Assembly: GCA_013265495.1 (NCBI GenBank)
Contig: MU057887.1
Coordinates: 4,057,668 to 4,121,667, forward strand
Direction: 5' to 3'
Origin: Vicugna vicugna
Lineage: Eukaryota
Length of the DNA stretch: 64,000 bases
The position numbers were made by a program, and so were the translations under genes. Positions 21,747 to 35,200 of the stretch are shown in pieces; position 1 is the stretch's first letter, and the number at the start of each line of letters is the position of its first letter. The notes beneath the pieces are model-generated. The model ran no database searches and was not told the origin of the DNA. It worked only from the letters and a program-made list of their open reading frames with translations.

Positions 21747-24700
21747 CTACTTTTTCCGTCGGGGGGTCTGGGAACCACTGCTGTTGTTGGGAGCTGGGGC
21801 AGCTTGTTTGCTGGCAATGTCCTCTCTGGGGGCTGGCCTGTGCTTCTCCTCCCTGGCCAGAGGCGGGGACCGGGGGCCCAGTAGGGCCTGCATGACCCTA
21901 ATGGCTGCCACGGTCAGGAGGAGCCCCCAGAGGATAGTGGGGGCCTCCAGGGGAGATAGCTGTTTCCGTACCCAGTGGAGGGCCTGGGTCAGGGTGTTGC
22001 TGGAGCTGCGGGCCCGAGGTGGGCTCTTGTCCTGTGGAGGCAGGATTGAGAAAAGTTCAGGGGGCCACCCTGTGGCCACCCTGCCATCTGCCCCAGCCTG
22101 GCTAACACCTTTCTACCTGAAGGCCGAATTGCCTGAGCAGCATGTCCAGCGTCGGGTCCCCCAGGGACACAGGTGGGAAAAATTCCTCCACCCACTGGCG
22201 GCGCCACCACTGTCTGCAACAGCACAGGGCGCTCAGGTGGCGGTGGCGCACAGGCCCAGCATCCCACGGGCCCCAGTACCTGGCTTGGCACCCGGCCTTA
22301 CCCCTGCTCCCCAGGCTGCGAGAACCAGTACTTATAGCGCTGAGCTCGCACATAGGTTGGTGGCTGCTTGTGGAAGGGGTATCCAGATGCGTGGTTCTGG
22401 ATGAGGCGGATCACTGCGGGGGGTGGGGACGGTACTCAGCATTTGGTGGCTGCCGCGGTCCCGCCCCACCTAGGCCCTGCCCCAGCCCCTTGCGCATCAA
22501 GGCCCCGCCCCTCCAACCCAGCCTCACCAGGCTCCTTGCCCTGCAGCAGGCGAAGGACCAGGCTCGTGAACCAGGGACTGTGCGTGTGGGGGCCCAGGGC
22601 CGCGAACCACATCTGCCAATCAAGGCGCGGCTGGTGGGGTGTCACGATGGGGGGCGGCCGGCTCACGTTCCCAGGCTTGTACATGAACTCAATCTCCTGC
22701 CGGGTAGAGTCACCTTAACACAGCCAGTAGGACGTGGTTCCCCTCTCCCCAACTCCGTGGAGCCAGCCAGGTGCCTTTCACAGGGGACCGGGGGCGCCCT
22801 CACCGTCCAGTGATGTCCGTCATAGCTGCCCTCCAGCACCACCTCAGGCCGCCCACCCAGACCAGTCATCCGGCGGAAGAGACCATAGGAGTTGGCCAAC
22901 TGCAGGTGCTCCACGGTGCCAAACAGGCGGTGGGCTCCAGTCCAGAGACGTCCATGGGTTGAGGGCTCCATGTAGGAGTATGGCACCTGGAGACAGGTAC
23001 ACAGAGGCTCAGCAACGACCTTCTAGTCCTCTCCCAACCCCTCCCCCTCCCCCGAAGGGCTACCCACCAGGCTGATCATGAACAGAGCCACCGTGGCGGT
23101 GCCAAAGATGGACAGCTGGACTGCAGCACAGAACTTCTGCAGCCATCCTTGCACCTGGGTCCACCTGGGGGGCAGGGGACCGAAGTGCAGTCAGGCCTGC
23201 CCTGCACAGCCCTATCCCACCCCCTCGGACAGTATACCTCCAGAGGGCAGTCAGCAGTTCCCAGGCAAGCGAGGCTGCCCCCAGCCACATGGTGGGTAGG
23301 GTCACCGTCTTTAGCCACTGGGAGAACTGGTGGAAGGTGAAGGCTGTGAAAGGAAGAGGGTGTGAGGGGGGCTGGAGAGTGTGAGGAAGGTGGTCCAGCC
23401 CCTGCCTTCTGAGCTCATCTCTGGCACTCACTTGTCTTGGAGTGAACAGCGTGCTGCTCCCAGTCGACCTCCAGGCCAAAGCAGTGTACCATGCCGTAGG
23501 CCAGCAGCCCGTAGACTGCCAATTCCAGGAGCAGGGACAGCATGGCCAGCAGAGCCTTGGGCCAGGCTGCAGGGCAAGACAGTCATCGGTCGGCTGGGAA
23601 CAGGGCTGGAGGGTCCATATATGGCCGGGGGCTGGGGTCACTTGGGGGTGTTGGCACCACCCTGGCGGGCAGCAGGTGGGAGGATGGCTGGCTGCCTGGG
23701 ACAGGCTGACACTCACAGGTGGGCGTCCTCCTGCGGCGGCTGTTGCCTGACTTCGCAGGCAGGTGAGCATCATCCAGGAGGGCGGTGGTGAGCACCAGGG
23801 TGAGCAGGTTGAAGAAGTTATAGTTGCCCGTGATGATAATCAGGACTTGCAGCAAGACCTGGGGAGGGGCTGGACTCAGAGTTCCCAGGGCCGCCCCCTT
23901 CCTGGGCCCTTCAGAGCCTGTTTCTAGGCCCCTCTGCACCCCACACCTGGGTCTCTCCTTCAGGGACCTGTGCCCTCCTCGTCACCTCCTGGCCTCTGCT
24001 GTTCCCACTCCAACTGTTCTGGCCCCCTGCTCACACCTTCCTTGGCTCCTCACCAAGCTCAGCATGCCTCGTGTGGCCCTTCCCCACCTGCCCCTGCTAA
24101 CTTAAGGTGAACAGCCTCCAGTGAGGCTGCAGCCTTGCCCCACAGGCACAGCTTCACACCTCAAGCTAATGCGTTCCTCTGCCCATGAAGCCTTTCTGAA
24201 ACTGCTGGCACCAGACACCCCATCCCCGCCCTCTGGGCCCTCTGAGCAGTGCAGAAGAAGGCCATGTCTCTCTGATGGCTGAGGACCCTACCCACCTGGG
24301 AGTAAAAGGCAGCCAAGCGCAGGCGGCGAACAGGAGCGAAGAACAGAGGGGGCACTGCAATCTCGATGAGGAAGGTGGCCACCACGCTGAGCTTGTGCAG
24401 CCAGATAGGCAGGTGGTGGGCGAACCAGGAGGCTGGTGTGGGCAGGCACTGCGTCTCGTAGTGGTAGGTGAGGGCTGCAGGTAACAGGCAGGTGGTCAGA
24501 GCTGGGCAGAGCCCCCAAGATGGCCCCATGTCCAGGCAGGGACCCTCACCGGTGAGCCCCCACCATGCGGGGCAACGGCTGGTCAGCTTGACCACGCCCG
24601 ATGCAAACATGAGACGAAACAGCAGCCAGCGTACGAGCCAGAAGGGTAGGCCTTCGTGGGGCGAGGCCCCTGCCACCCTGCCCTGGGGAGCCTGCTTGTG

Positions 24701-25945
24701 GTGGGGGGGCTGCCTCAGAGGGGCCACTAGCACAGCCAGGAACCCAGCCTCCAGCAGCAGGGAATCCCTGTGGGGAGAAAGAGTAGCACAAAGGGCCCCT
24801 CCCCATCAAGACTGCTCCCCCCGGGGGTCCTCCCAGAGAGACAAGCACCCCACCCATCCCACCCACCCAGCCTCCTGAAGCCCCACACCCAACAGTCACT
24901 CACCACTGGAAATAAAGAAACACCTGGCCCACCTGCAGGGAGAAGGGCTGTCAGGGAGCAGGGGGTGTGTGTCTGCAGAGGCAGGCAAGGCAGAGATGGG
25001 GTGGGGTGGAGGGTGGATGGGCCTGGACTGAGTTGGTGACAAGGGTCCCAGAGGGGCACTTGCCTGGCAGGCAGACAGGTAGGCGGCCCAGAGCAGCAGG
25101 TAGGTGAGGAGGTGGCGCAGCTGGGGCAGCAGCAGTGCACCCAGGGCCAGCAGGGTGCCCAGCAGGCTCAGAAGCTCCAGGCCCTGGGCTGTGTCCAGCC
25201 CCAGCAGTGGCGCCTCCCAGAGCAGTGTCGGGGTCTCCCACAGCTGCTGCCAGCGTCCCTTTCCCTGCGGCCTCAGCGTCCTCCGTGCAGGGAGGATGCC
25301 CTCAGGACCATATAGGCCTGTGGGAGGGCATGTCAGGTGGACACTGCCCACCAAGGTTAGACAGCCCCCACCTCCCACTGCGACCTAGGTCATGACAGGC
25401 AGACTGCAGACTCTGCCCACCACCCCCCCAACCCAGGTCAAGGCCTGCAGACTCTCCAGATCCACTCAGGCCAGAACCAGCTAACATCCCAACCAAGGTC
25501 AGGCCCCAGAAGGCGTGCTCGACTCCGCAGGTCAGGGTCTGCCACCAGTACATCTCTGTTCCCCTTTCCTTCAGGTCAGAGCCTTCTCTCTCACCAGCCC
25601 ACTAGGTCTGGCCCCACCCCCACCCCAGGTCACCCCCGCCCCAGGTCAGAACCCGGAACCCTACTGGAGACGGACCATTGCACACCTTCCCACCGCCCAC
25701 ACCCTCGCGGCCTGCAGAACACGAACCGCAGCCCCCTACCCCAAGCATCAGGGCCTGGACCTCACCCCTCTACCCCGGGACAGCGGAGTGTCCGGTGGGG
25801 AGATGAGGGGTCATATGGCGCAGGCTGGGGGTGTCCCGCCCGCGCCCTCACCTGGAATCTGCGTGTAGAGGGAAGCGAAGGCAAACATGAAGACGGCAGC
25901 CATGCCCTGGAGAAAGAGCTGCCGTGGGAGCCGGGAGCCCGCCAT
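21747..25945 (-). CDS. LMF2: Lipase maturation factor 2, 699 aa
   Basis: Fourteen exons: 25945-25852, 25317-25064, 24932-24904, 24767-24550, 24474-24296, 23858-23717, 23566-23432, 23343-23238, 23164-23068, 22986-22804, 22696-22528, 22413-22302, 22213-22117, 22031-21747. Total 2100 nt, open frame. Starts [14 protein letters not shown] and contains [34 protein letters not shown] and [16 protein letters not shown]. Intron 2 has a GC donor. Confidence 0.96.
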
Positions 25946-26265
25946 GTCCGCTACGCGGCGGGCTGGACTGGAGCCCGGGGTCACGCCCGGCCCCACCCCG
26001 CTCCGCGGCGGCAACTGCAAACCCCGCCCATCCGCCCCCACCCCTGCACACGCCCCACCCCCACGCGTGCCCCGCCCCCGCGCGCTGAGGTCCCTTCCGT
26101 CGCGCTTCGGCCGCGCTACGTTAGAGGTGTGCGCGGGTCGCCCTGAGCTACGTCATTTCCTGGGCGGGAACAGCAAAATGGCGCCAGAACTAGTGGCGGG
26201 CTGAGGCTACTGGCCCCCTCCAAGCCGGAGCTGTGGTCCCCGGGCCAACCCGGCCCCTCCCGGAC
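25946..26265. promoter_or_regulatory. Bidirectional LMF2/NCAPH2 CpG-island promoter
   Basis: The two ATGs are ~320 bp apart, head-to-head. Contains GC boxes, a CRE/ETS-like ACGTCATTTCC (26150-26160) and a YY1 motif AAAATGGCG (26175-26183). Confidence 0.85.
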
Positions 26266-29200
26266 ATGGAGGACGTGGAGGCGCGCTTCGCGCACCTCCT
26301 GCAGCCCATTCGGGACCTCACCAAGAACTGGGAGGTGGACGTGGCGGCCCAGCTGGGCGAATATCTGGAAGAGGTGAGGGCGGCCCCCGGGGAGTGGCGC
26401 GGGGCGCGAGCTGCCGGGCACCCCCGCCGCCTCCTGGTGTGTGTCCGTCCGGCGCTCTAACCGCACTCGTCCTCAGGCTCGTTTCTTTTATACATCTCTG
26501 CCCCGAGAAGACATCCTTTATTAGATTAAGCTGAAACTGTCATTACAGGTCCAGTGAGCACTGAAATTGATTTAGTGGGTGGTGACCAGCACTTTTCTAT
26601 AATAGAGTAGAATAGAATTTGTGTGCATGTTTGGGTGTGTGAGAGATCTGGATCATGATATAAGCGATTTCTTATCTTAGATTTTCAAACCAGTTTCAGG
26701 CTACTGCCATGTTCATCTCATCACTATTAATCTTTTCTCCATATTTGACAACTATGTCTAGACCTCGTTAAGGAGCTGTCCGCTGCATTTCTGTACTCCA
26801 CTTTTACTCCTCAGCGCACTTGTGTTGCTCTTGCTTAGATCAGTAATGACCTCCCTCTTACCAAATCCAAGGGTCACCACAAGTGTCATCCTAGCAGCAT
26901 TTGTTGGGCTGACCACACCCTCTTTTTTGAAACAGGTTTTGGTGTTCTGATTTTCTTCCAATTTCCTTGCTGACTGTTTCTCTCCAGTCTCAGTGTTGAG
27001 CTCCTCAGGGTGTGGCCTGAGCTATCTCTCTACACCCTTCCCCTAAACAATCTAATTTATTTCCACGACTTTAGGTATCTCGTGTATGAGAACAATTCCT
27101 AAATTGGTTTATTTATCCCCCTGCCCTCCTCCCATTTATATTTACATTCCAGGCCTTTTCCCTGAATCTGTTTTGTATATACAGCTACATCTTGACGTTC
27201 CACTTAGATGTCACACAAGCACCTCAGACTTAATATACTTAAAGGAGAGCTCTTTATGTTCCTGCTCAAATCCCAGTGTTCCTGATCCTGGTACATGGCA
27301 CCACTGTTAACCAAGGGAAAGCTAAGAAAAGCACACTCCACACCAGTTCACCCATGAGTTCTGTCAGTTATGCCATCAGAATTTCACTTGAATTCACCCG
27401 TTTTCCTTTTTCTCTGGTTCAGGCCACCCTCTGGCTCAGATTCATGTAAAAACCTTCCTTCCCAGACTCCCTACTGTTGTTTTTGGCCCTATGCAATTCA
27501 TGCTCCACCCAGCTACAAGTATTATTCTTAAAAGTTGAAATCAGACTACAGCACTGTCCTGGCTAAAACCTCTCAGTGGCTTTCCACTGCTCTCAGAATA
27601 AAATCCAAACTTCTTTCTCTGGGAGTGAGGGGAACAGCTCATTGGTGGATTAGCTCTGCACAAGGTCCTGAGTTCAATCCCCAGTACCTTCATTAAAAAT
27701 AAACAAGTAAATCAACCTAATACCCACCACCCCCAAATAAAACACAAGCCTCCCTTCTCTGAATCTGGCACTGCTCACTGCTTTCGCCTTGTCAGGCTCT
27801 TCACCTGTTCTTTCCAGCCAGTTAGCCTACAACACCCAAGCTCATTCTTGGCTGAGGGTTTTATATTTTTTGCCTTTGCTGGGGAATATTCTTCGCCAGT
27901 TCTTTTTATGACCGATTCCTTGTTGTCCTGTATGTTTCAGTGTAAATGCCAGCTGACCACTGTGTCTAAAATAGTTCTCTCTGGTAGTGCCTTCTGTATT
28001 TTAGAATGCTCATTACAGGCTGTTCTGTAACTTATTTGTGGTCTGTTTCCACGCCAGCATGTAAATTCTGGGAGGACAGGGACCATGTTCATGCGCTCTT
28101 CCCTTTGCTTAATAGAACACCTAGCACATAGTAGGTGCAGAATAAATGTTTGTAAAAAGAACAGTTGATCTGATGATGGGCCTTACATGCTTGAACGTAC
28201 AATCTCCTGAGAGAATGCAGAGAACTGTGCCAGGTGGGGCTACTGCAAACTCAGGCTTCCACATGGAGCAGGGTGCTTGGGGGTGCCTGGTAAACCTACT
28301 TCCTTGCTTGGTCAGCTCCCCTCGTGCTTCGTAGGTCTGCTTTTCCAAACCTTCTCTGCCCTGTGAAGCCCTGGTTTCCCTGCCTCTGGTTTTGTTTTCC
28401 TCCTCCTTTCATTTTACACACAGCTACCAGAATACTTTTTTTCTTTTTTTAAAAACACATTTTATGTTGTAGTTCTGTCTCATCCATTTATTCACTCATA
28501 ATTGTTGACTGTTGTGTGCTAAGAACCATCAAACACTGAAGAAACAGTGGCAAGTGAACAGCAGTCCCTGCTTCATTCTTGTGGGAAGTTGGATCTAATG
28601 CAGTTACCACCCAGAGTTGTAAACATAACATGCATTCGGTGCTCACTCAAGCACTGTTTTATGTGCTTTGTGTATATAAAGTCATTTCATCCTCACAAGA
28701 GCCCTGTTAGTACAGATACCGGTTCTACAGAGGGGTAGAGAGGTTAAATGCTCAAAGTCCTGGCTAGCAGGTGCCAGAGCAGAGCCCACCCTCCTCCCCA
28801 CTCGTGTGTCTTTGTGTAACCACAAACTGCTGAGAGGTTTGAAAAGAAAGTTGAGGGTTCCATGAAGAGTTTGACTGGGGGACCTAACTTTGGTTTCCTT
28901 TTTTTTGTGCCTGTGACCTAACTTTGGGATGAAAGATGTGGCCTTGTAGCAAGCTGAAAAGTGTTCTATGGTTCTGGGGCGGAAAGTACTTGGCACCGGG
29001 GAGGGCCGAGGACTGAAGGGGAGTCTTGTCAGTTGGGGGCTCTGTTTAGGGTTAGGGTTTTTTTCTAAGAGTGGCAGAAGCCTGTTAGGGTTCTGAGTGG
29101 GGTGAGGTAATCTACCTCAGATCTTAAGACAAGCGCTTAAGACAAGGCAGGAGAATCCAGTTAGTGCTGGCGGCAGGCCAGAGGTGAGGCTGGCTGAGCA

Positions 29201-32200
29201 AGAGTCCGGGCACTGTGGAGAGGAGCCGGCTGGCAGGATGGAGCGGAACATGGGATCGGCGTGACCTGGGCAGAGGTTGGACAGGGACTGTGAGAGAAGG
29301 CGAGAAGGAGCTAAGACCCCAGGTCTCTAGTGGGTGGCTGGGCGGGTGGGCAGTGGACAGCTAGAGAGCAGTGTGAACCTGTTGAGTGTGAGTTCCGATT
29401 AAGACATCCCAGTGGAGTTTGAAGAAGGCAGTTGGACGTAAGGGTTGGGCTTCAGTGGGAGGTCCAACCCAGAGTGTGCATTTAGGAGTCGTTACAAGGT
29501 GAATGGAATGTGAGGTCCTGGGAGCGTTGGAGGAAAGGGCCACCTCCTCAGCTCAGAGCCCGGGAGGCCTGGCTTCCCTCTCCTTCTGTCCCCTCCCTTC
29601 ACGTCCACACGTCCAGGATGCTCTGCAGTCCCCCGGACCGGTGTGCTCCTGTTTCCTCTCCTTCCCAGACTGACCTCGCAGACTCCCTCTGTCCTCAGGG
29701 ACGTGTGCCAGAGTGGGGCCCCAGCCCCGCCTCTCTCCCAGCATGCCCTTTGCTTTGGACGTGTTTGCGTGATACTTGTTTTCCTAACTAGTTGAGTCCT
29801 GTGTCTGCTGAGTGCCTTTGTGTGGTGGCCGCTCTTCCCGAAAGGCCTTTCCCTCCACCTGCCCCGGGAGCAGGCTCTCCCGTCTGTCTCAGCCCCGACA
29901 CCACCTCTTTGTTCATCAGACCGTGACTGGACTAGAGGCTGGAGTTACCCTAACATTGCTCACAGTCCCCTGGGGGATGAGAGACCCCAACAGTGTGACA
30001 GGACCACCCAGATAGGGCAGCAAAGCCCAAGGCATGTCTGAGGGAGACTGAAGAGTTTATAGTGGGCATGGCTGAGGGTGGGTGTTCCAGGCAGATGGAG
30101 ATCAAAGGTGAAGAGCTTGAAAACCATGTTAGGCCTTCAAAGTATTGACCCCGAGAAGAGCAGGGGAGGGGCCAGGCTGTGGGGAAGACCCTGAGTTACA
30201 GGTGGAGATAAAGTCTGGGGACAGTGGCATCTCAGTGGAGATACCTAGTCGGCAGCTGTAAACACAGTCCTGCAGCTGATGAGAGAGCTGGTCTAGATGG
30301 GTTTGGAAACTGTTGGCATACAGTCGGTAGACACAGACATTCAATGGGTGATTACAAATGGGACTCGGGAGGCTGGGAGAGTTGGATGTTACAGAGAACA
30401 GAGGACTCACTTGAAAGTATTTCCTGAGTTTTTTGCTCAGAGGATTGAGATCCCAGTGTTTTGTCTCTGTCTTCCTCACCCTAGAGGCTCCCCAGTCCTT
30501 CTCCCAGGGTGGGGGTCTTCCTGCCACTCTGCCCATATTGGCCTCGACTAGGAGGGATGCGGTGTGGAGTGCCCCCAGAGAGGAGCTGGTGCATAGCTCT
30601 GGTTGTTTGTGGATGATGCACTCTAGGGGCCTCCCTCTTCCAAAACACCAGGTCTCGGAGGTCACAGGAAGTAGGGGAAATCATGGAGATCTGTCTTTCT
30701 GTCCCCCAAAGTGGACAACTGGTGAGTCCCAGACAGCCAGAGCTGTCAGTCTGAGGGCTGCTCGTGGGACCCGTTGGGGAGAGGTACGTGTAGACTCGCT
30801 TCCCACCACCTTGCTCTTGTGTCTTGCAGCTGGACCAGATCTGCATCTCTTTTGATGAAGGCAAAACCACAATGAACTTCATTGAGGCTGCACTGCTGAT
30901 CCAGGGCTCCGCCTGTGTTTACAGTAAGAAGGTGGGTCCCACTGGCCCTTGGTCTTGGCATTTTAGTATGGGACCGAGGTCTGTGGTCCTGCTGGGGCAG
31001 GTGACAGGCTCCCCATCTCTGACCTGCCTCCTCTCTGATTCCTTGTGACCTTTTAATGCCAAAGAACAAGCTTGAATTTAAAATCGCAGGGCTCACTTCC
31101 AGACACCCAGCAGTGTTCAGGAGAGCCTCATACAACAAAGGCTTACCCAGTCCAAGGTGGCAGGAGTCCGCAGTCTGTTGTAGAGTAAGGAGAAGCAGAA
31201 CCACTGGGGAAAACCAGTGTTTGGGACACGCCCACGAGAAGGAAAGGTCGGAGGAAGGTAACTCAAGAAAAGTCCAGCTGTGGAAGTCAGAGCAACAGGG
31301 AATCTCAAGGCTGAAGAAAAAAGACCAAAAAGGTTGAAGTTAATTCGATCCATACAGTAAGGACTTCCAGATATCTGTGGGGTCTGCAGTGAGAAGGTCG
31401 CCAGGGAGTTTAGTGAATGGAGAGCCAGACTGCTGGAGATGGGGGGTAATGAGAGATGAGAAGGGCCACAGTAAATGTGGGTTCCTCTTGAGAAATTTTA
31501 CTGAAAGGGAGGGAAGAGATTGGGTGGTAACTAAAGCAGTGGCTCTCCACCCAGGCTCCAGTTGGGATGGCTACCAGGGCCTGGACCGCACCCAACAGAG
31601 TAAAGCAGATCCAGAATCCCGGGGGTGGGGGGCACGCAGGCAGGTAGCAGGATTTCTTGAAATATCCTCAGTGACAGCCAGGAGTGAAAACCACAGAGCT
31701 AGGGGTGGCGGGCCTGGGTTGGGGGGACAGGGAAGGGGAGCAGGGAGAGGAAAATGGGTGAGACAGAGTCCCAGGGTCAGGGACCTGGGCTGACCGGCTT
31801 GCCTTGAAGAGGGAAAGACACCTTCTCTCAAGACACAGGGGAGATGAATGTCTATGTAGCAAATTGGGCACCAGCTCTGGGGGTTCATGCCAAAGGTCCT
31901 GTCTTCATGATGGAGAATGTAAGTCAACTACTGGCCATCAGTGACTGGATAGAAATTTGGAGAGTGAAGTTTGGCAAAAGTTCAACATTTTTTTTTTTTG
32001 CTGAGGGGAATGCAAAATAAAAGGTTAATGGAAAGCATTGCTAGTCTGGGGAAGAGCCCACGCACCATGCTGTCTGCACGGGGACCAGTGGCCACGTTTA
32101 TGAGATTTCCCTTCAGCAGTGCTCAGCTGCCCCGAGTATGAGAGCGAGGATTGTGGACCACAGTGCTGGTCTGAAACTGGCATCTAGTTGAGGGGTAGGG

Positions 32201-35200
32201 ACTAAAAGGTGCCCAGGAGGGGAGAGTTCAGTAGTGTACTGAGGAGCTCGGTAGTGGGGTCCCAACCAGACAGGAGGGAAAGTAGCCCATGTGTGTGGGG
32301 TGGAGTGGACCTACCTCAGCACCAGGAGACATCAAGACAGCCTGAGATTTCGTTGGTGTTTGTCCTGCATAATTCCATGAAGTCAGATTCCTGTATCTTG
32401 TGCTTGTCTTAAGGAGGAGTGTCTACAACTAACTTTGAAAGCAGAAAACGTAAGGTGAACTGATACACAAATATGTGGTGAAACAAGTGTAGTGACACGT
32501 TAGCATGGGGTCTGGAAGGTGTGTGTGAGGTGTGCAGGCCGTAGTCAGCACTGACCAGTGGGCTTTCTGGGGGGATGGAAGTATGATCTGTGCTGTCATG
32601 TATGTGTGCTCCTGAGCCCCTGAGACATGGCCAATGTGACGGAAGAGTCTTGAGTTTTACTCACTTTAAATTAAATTTGAATCGATAAAGCCACACGTGG
32701 CTGAGGCTGCTGTGTTCGGTAGTGCAGCGCTGGACTCCTGCACCCCCGGGCGCAGGTCCTTGGGCTCCCACAGACCGAGGTTACCTTGTTTCCGAGTCTC
32801 AGTTGACCCTCGTGCACAGTGAGAATAGCAAGAGCTGGTGACTCGGACAGATGAGATGAAGCAGAGGCCCGTGTGTGTGGCAGACACCTGCAGAAGCACA
32901 TGTGTATTGTTTCTGGTGCGTGGGATCTGTGGGTCAGGTTTTGCTCGCTGTTGTGTTAGGCATGTCAGCCTGGAGGGAGTAGCCCAGAGACAGCCCTTAT
33001 TCCTGCCCTACTGGTGAGTGCTTTGTGGTCAGGATCTGGAAAATCCCAACCCTCACCCTGACAGTGGGGCATCCTACTGTGGCCGGAGCTGTGCTGGGGC
33101 CAGTGGAGACTCACAGGTGCCCTGGGAGGGGGAGGCGGCAGGCTGAGCCTGCAGGGGCAGTGCATGGGGTGCTGGCTGGGGGCAGCACGGATGCAGGCTG
33201 CAGGCAGGCTGGTTGGGGTGCCTGGAGGGAGGGCACACAGGGCTGCGTTTGGAGCGGGGTGGGTGCCATGCACTGCAGTGGCCACGCCTGCTGCTGCTGT
33301 GTGGTGTGGGGACAGAGGAGGAGCAGCAGGGAGCTTCGGCCCTCAGGTAGTTCTGATGAAATGTACTGGTTCAATTGAAGAAGGGCTTTTGGCAGCCAGA
33401 TTGGGTAGAATTGTGCTGGAGGTTTTGGAGCGGGCCCTGAGCATTTTGGGCGGGCCTCTCTGTTCTGCGTCCTCAAGTCTTACTTCCGGTTGGCAGGTGG
33501 AATACCTCTACTCGCTGGTCTACCAGGCTCTCGATTTCATCTCCGGCAAGAAGTGAGTACCAGAAGCACGCGGCAGGAGATGGGGACTGCGCGTCTGCTG
33601 TGCGTAGGGCGGGGAGGTCCTGCAGCCTCAGTGATGCTCGCACGCTGACTCTCTCTCAGGCGGGCCAAGCAGCTTTCCTCTGCCCGGGAAGACGGGGCCG
33701 ACGGGGATGGCAGCTCTAGGGCCCCCAGGGAGGTGGAGGACGAGGTGAGATTTTCGGGGTGCGTGGTGTTGGCCGCTGCACCTGCTGGGCGCACCCCTGA
33801 GCTCTTGGTCTCCCCACAGTTCCTGTTGCTGGATGACCTCCCCGACTCCCGCACTAACGTGGATCTGAGGGGTGATCAGGCCCCCAGTGTGAGTGCCCCT
33901 CCCCTGTGGGTGGGGGCCACTCTTAGCTGATGAGGGTGTTGGAAGGTGGTGTAGTGCACATGGGCTCCCCGCCCAGATCCATGGCCCACCTGTTCTCGGC
34001 CTCTGTGCAGGACACCCTCATCGTCCCCCTCCTGCCTATGGCCCTGGTAGCCCCGGATGAGATGGAGAAGAACAGTAACCCCCTATACAGGTGTGGGCCT
34101 GAGCCCAGTGGGCGGGGGCTGGGGTATGCTGGGAGGGGGCTCTACTGCCTGTGTTTCTGCTAGCACAGCTGTCATGGGGAGGTCCTGGCCAGCCGGAAGG
34201 ATTTCAGGATGAATACGTGCACCCCCCACCCCGGAGGAGCCTTCATGTTGGAGCCAGGGGTCATGTCCCCTGTGGAGGCCCTGCTGCCGAGGGACCAGAA
34301 GTGTGAGGCTTGGGCACCGGGGGCCTGGTGGGAAGGCAGGGTCTTCGGGGTGGGCTATTTGTCAGGTACCCTGTGCTCACCAGCTCTGGATCTGGGAGCC
34401 CCTCCCTCACCAGGCACCCGCTCTGAAGACGGGCCCCTTTGCCCATCTTTGCCCACAGCCAGATCCGTCCCAGGGTGCCTGAGTCCTGCACCTGCTCTGT
34501 GCTCCCCTCCCCGGCCCTGGCTCTGCCGGGTCCCTGGGAGGGGCCTTCTGCAGGGGAGTTGGGCCTACCCCGTTCAATCCCCCGTCTTTCCCAGTGGCTG
34601 GGAGGGCTGAGGAGCAGCCAATGGAAGTCTCTGTGTGCAGAAGTCTGGCCCCTGTACTCAGCATCTCCCAGGAGCCAGGTGAGGAGAGAGCTCCCTGGTG
34701 GACTTGCAGGTCGGAGTAGGGGAACTCTACTTGGGGTTGCACTCAGGCAGCCCAGCCTGCCCACCTCTGCCCCTTGTTGGGGGTGAGGCATTGGGGCAGG
34801 CCTCTGAGGTTTGGACCCACCCCCTCCTCTCCAGGCAGACATAGGTGGCAGCATTTAAAGAGGAAGATTTCTAACGCATAAAATGAACCAAACGAGACGC
34901 AGCAGCAGATGAGAGTGTAACATGCTCTGCTGTTCTCTCTGGTTCTGACAGACGCAGCTGAGGGGGAGGCAGCTCCCCATTTGCTGTCTGGTCTTCAGGC
35001 TTCCTGGGACTGACCAGTTTCTTGCTTCCCTGCCCAGGCACCTCACTGGAAGGCCCAGTGCCTGGATATAGGGATGACGAAGAGGATGCAGAGGGGGCGG
35101 CAGTGCTCCCCGAGGCCGTGGCCCCCGAGGTCCCTATGGAGCCCCAGGAGCCCAGGAGTCCAGAGCAGGTGGGACCCACAGTGAGGCCTGCCAAGCTTCA

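Noticed and set aside
21747..21761. LMF2 C-terminal RRKK as a dilysine ER-retrieval signal
   Set aside because: The lysines are at -1 and -2, not the canonical -3/-4 or -3/-5 positions.
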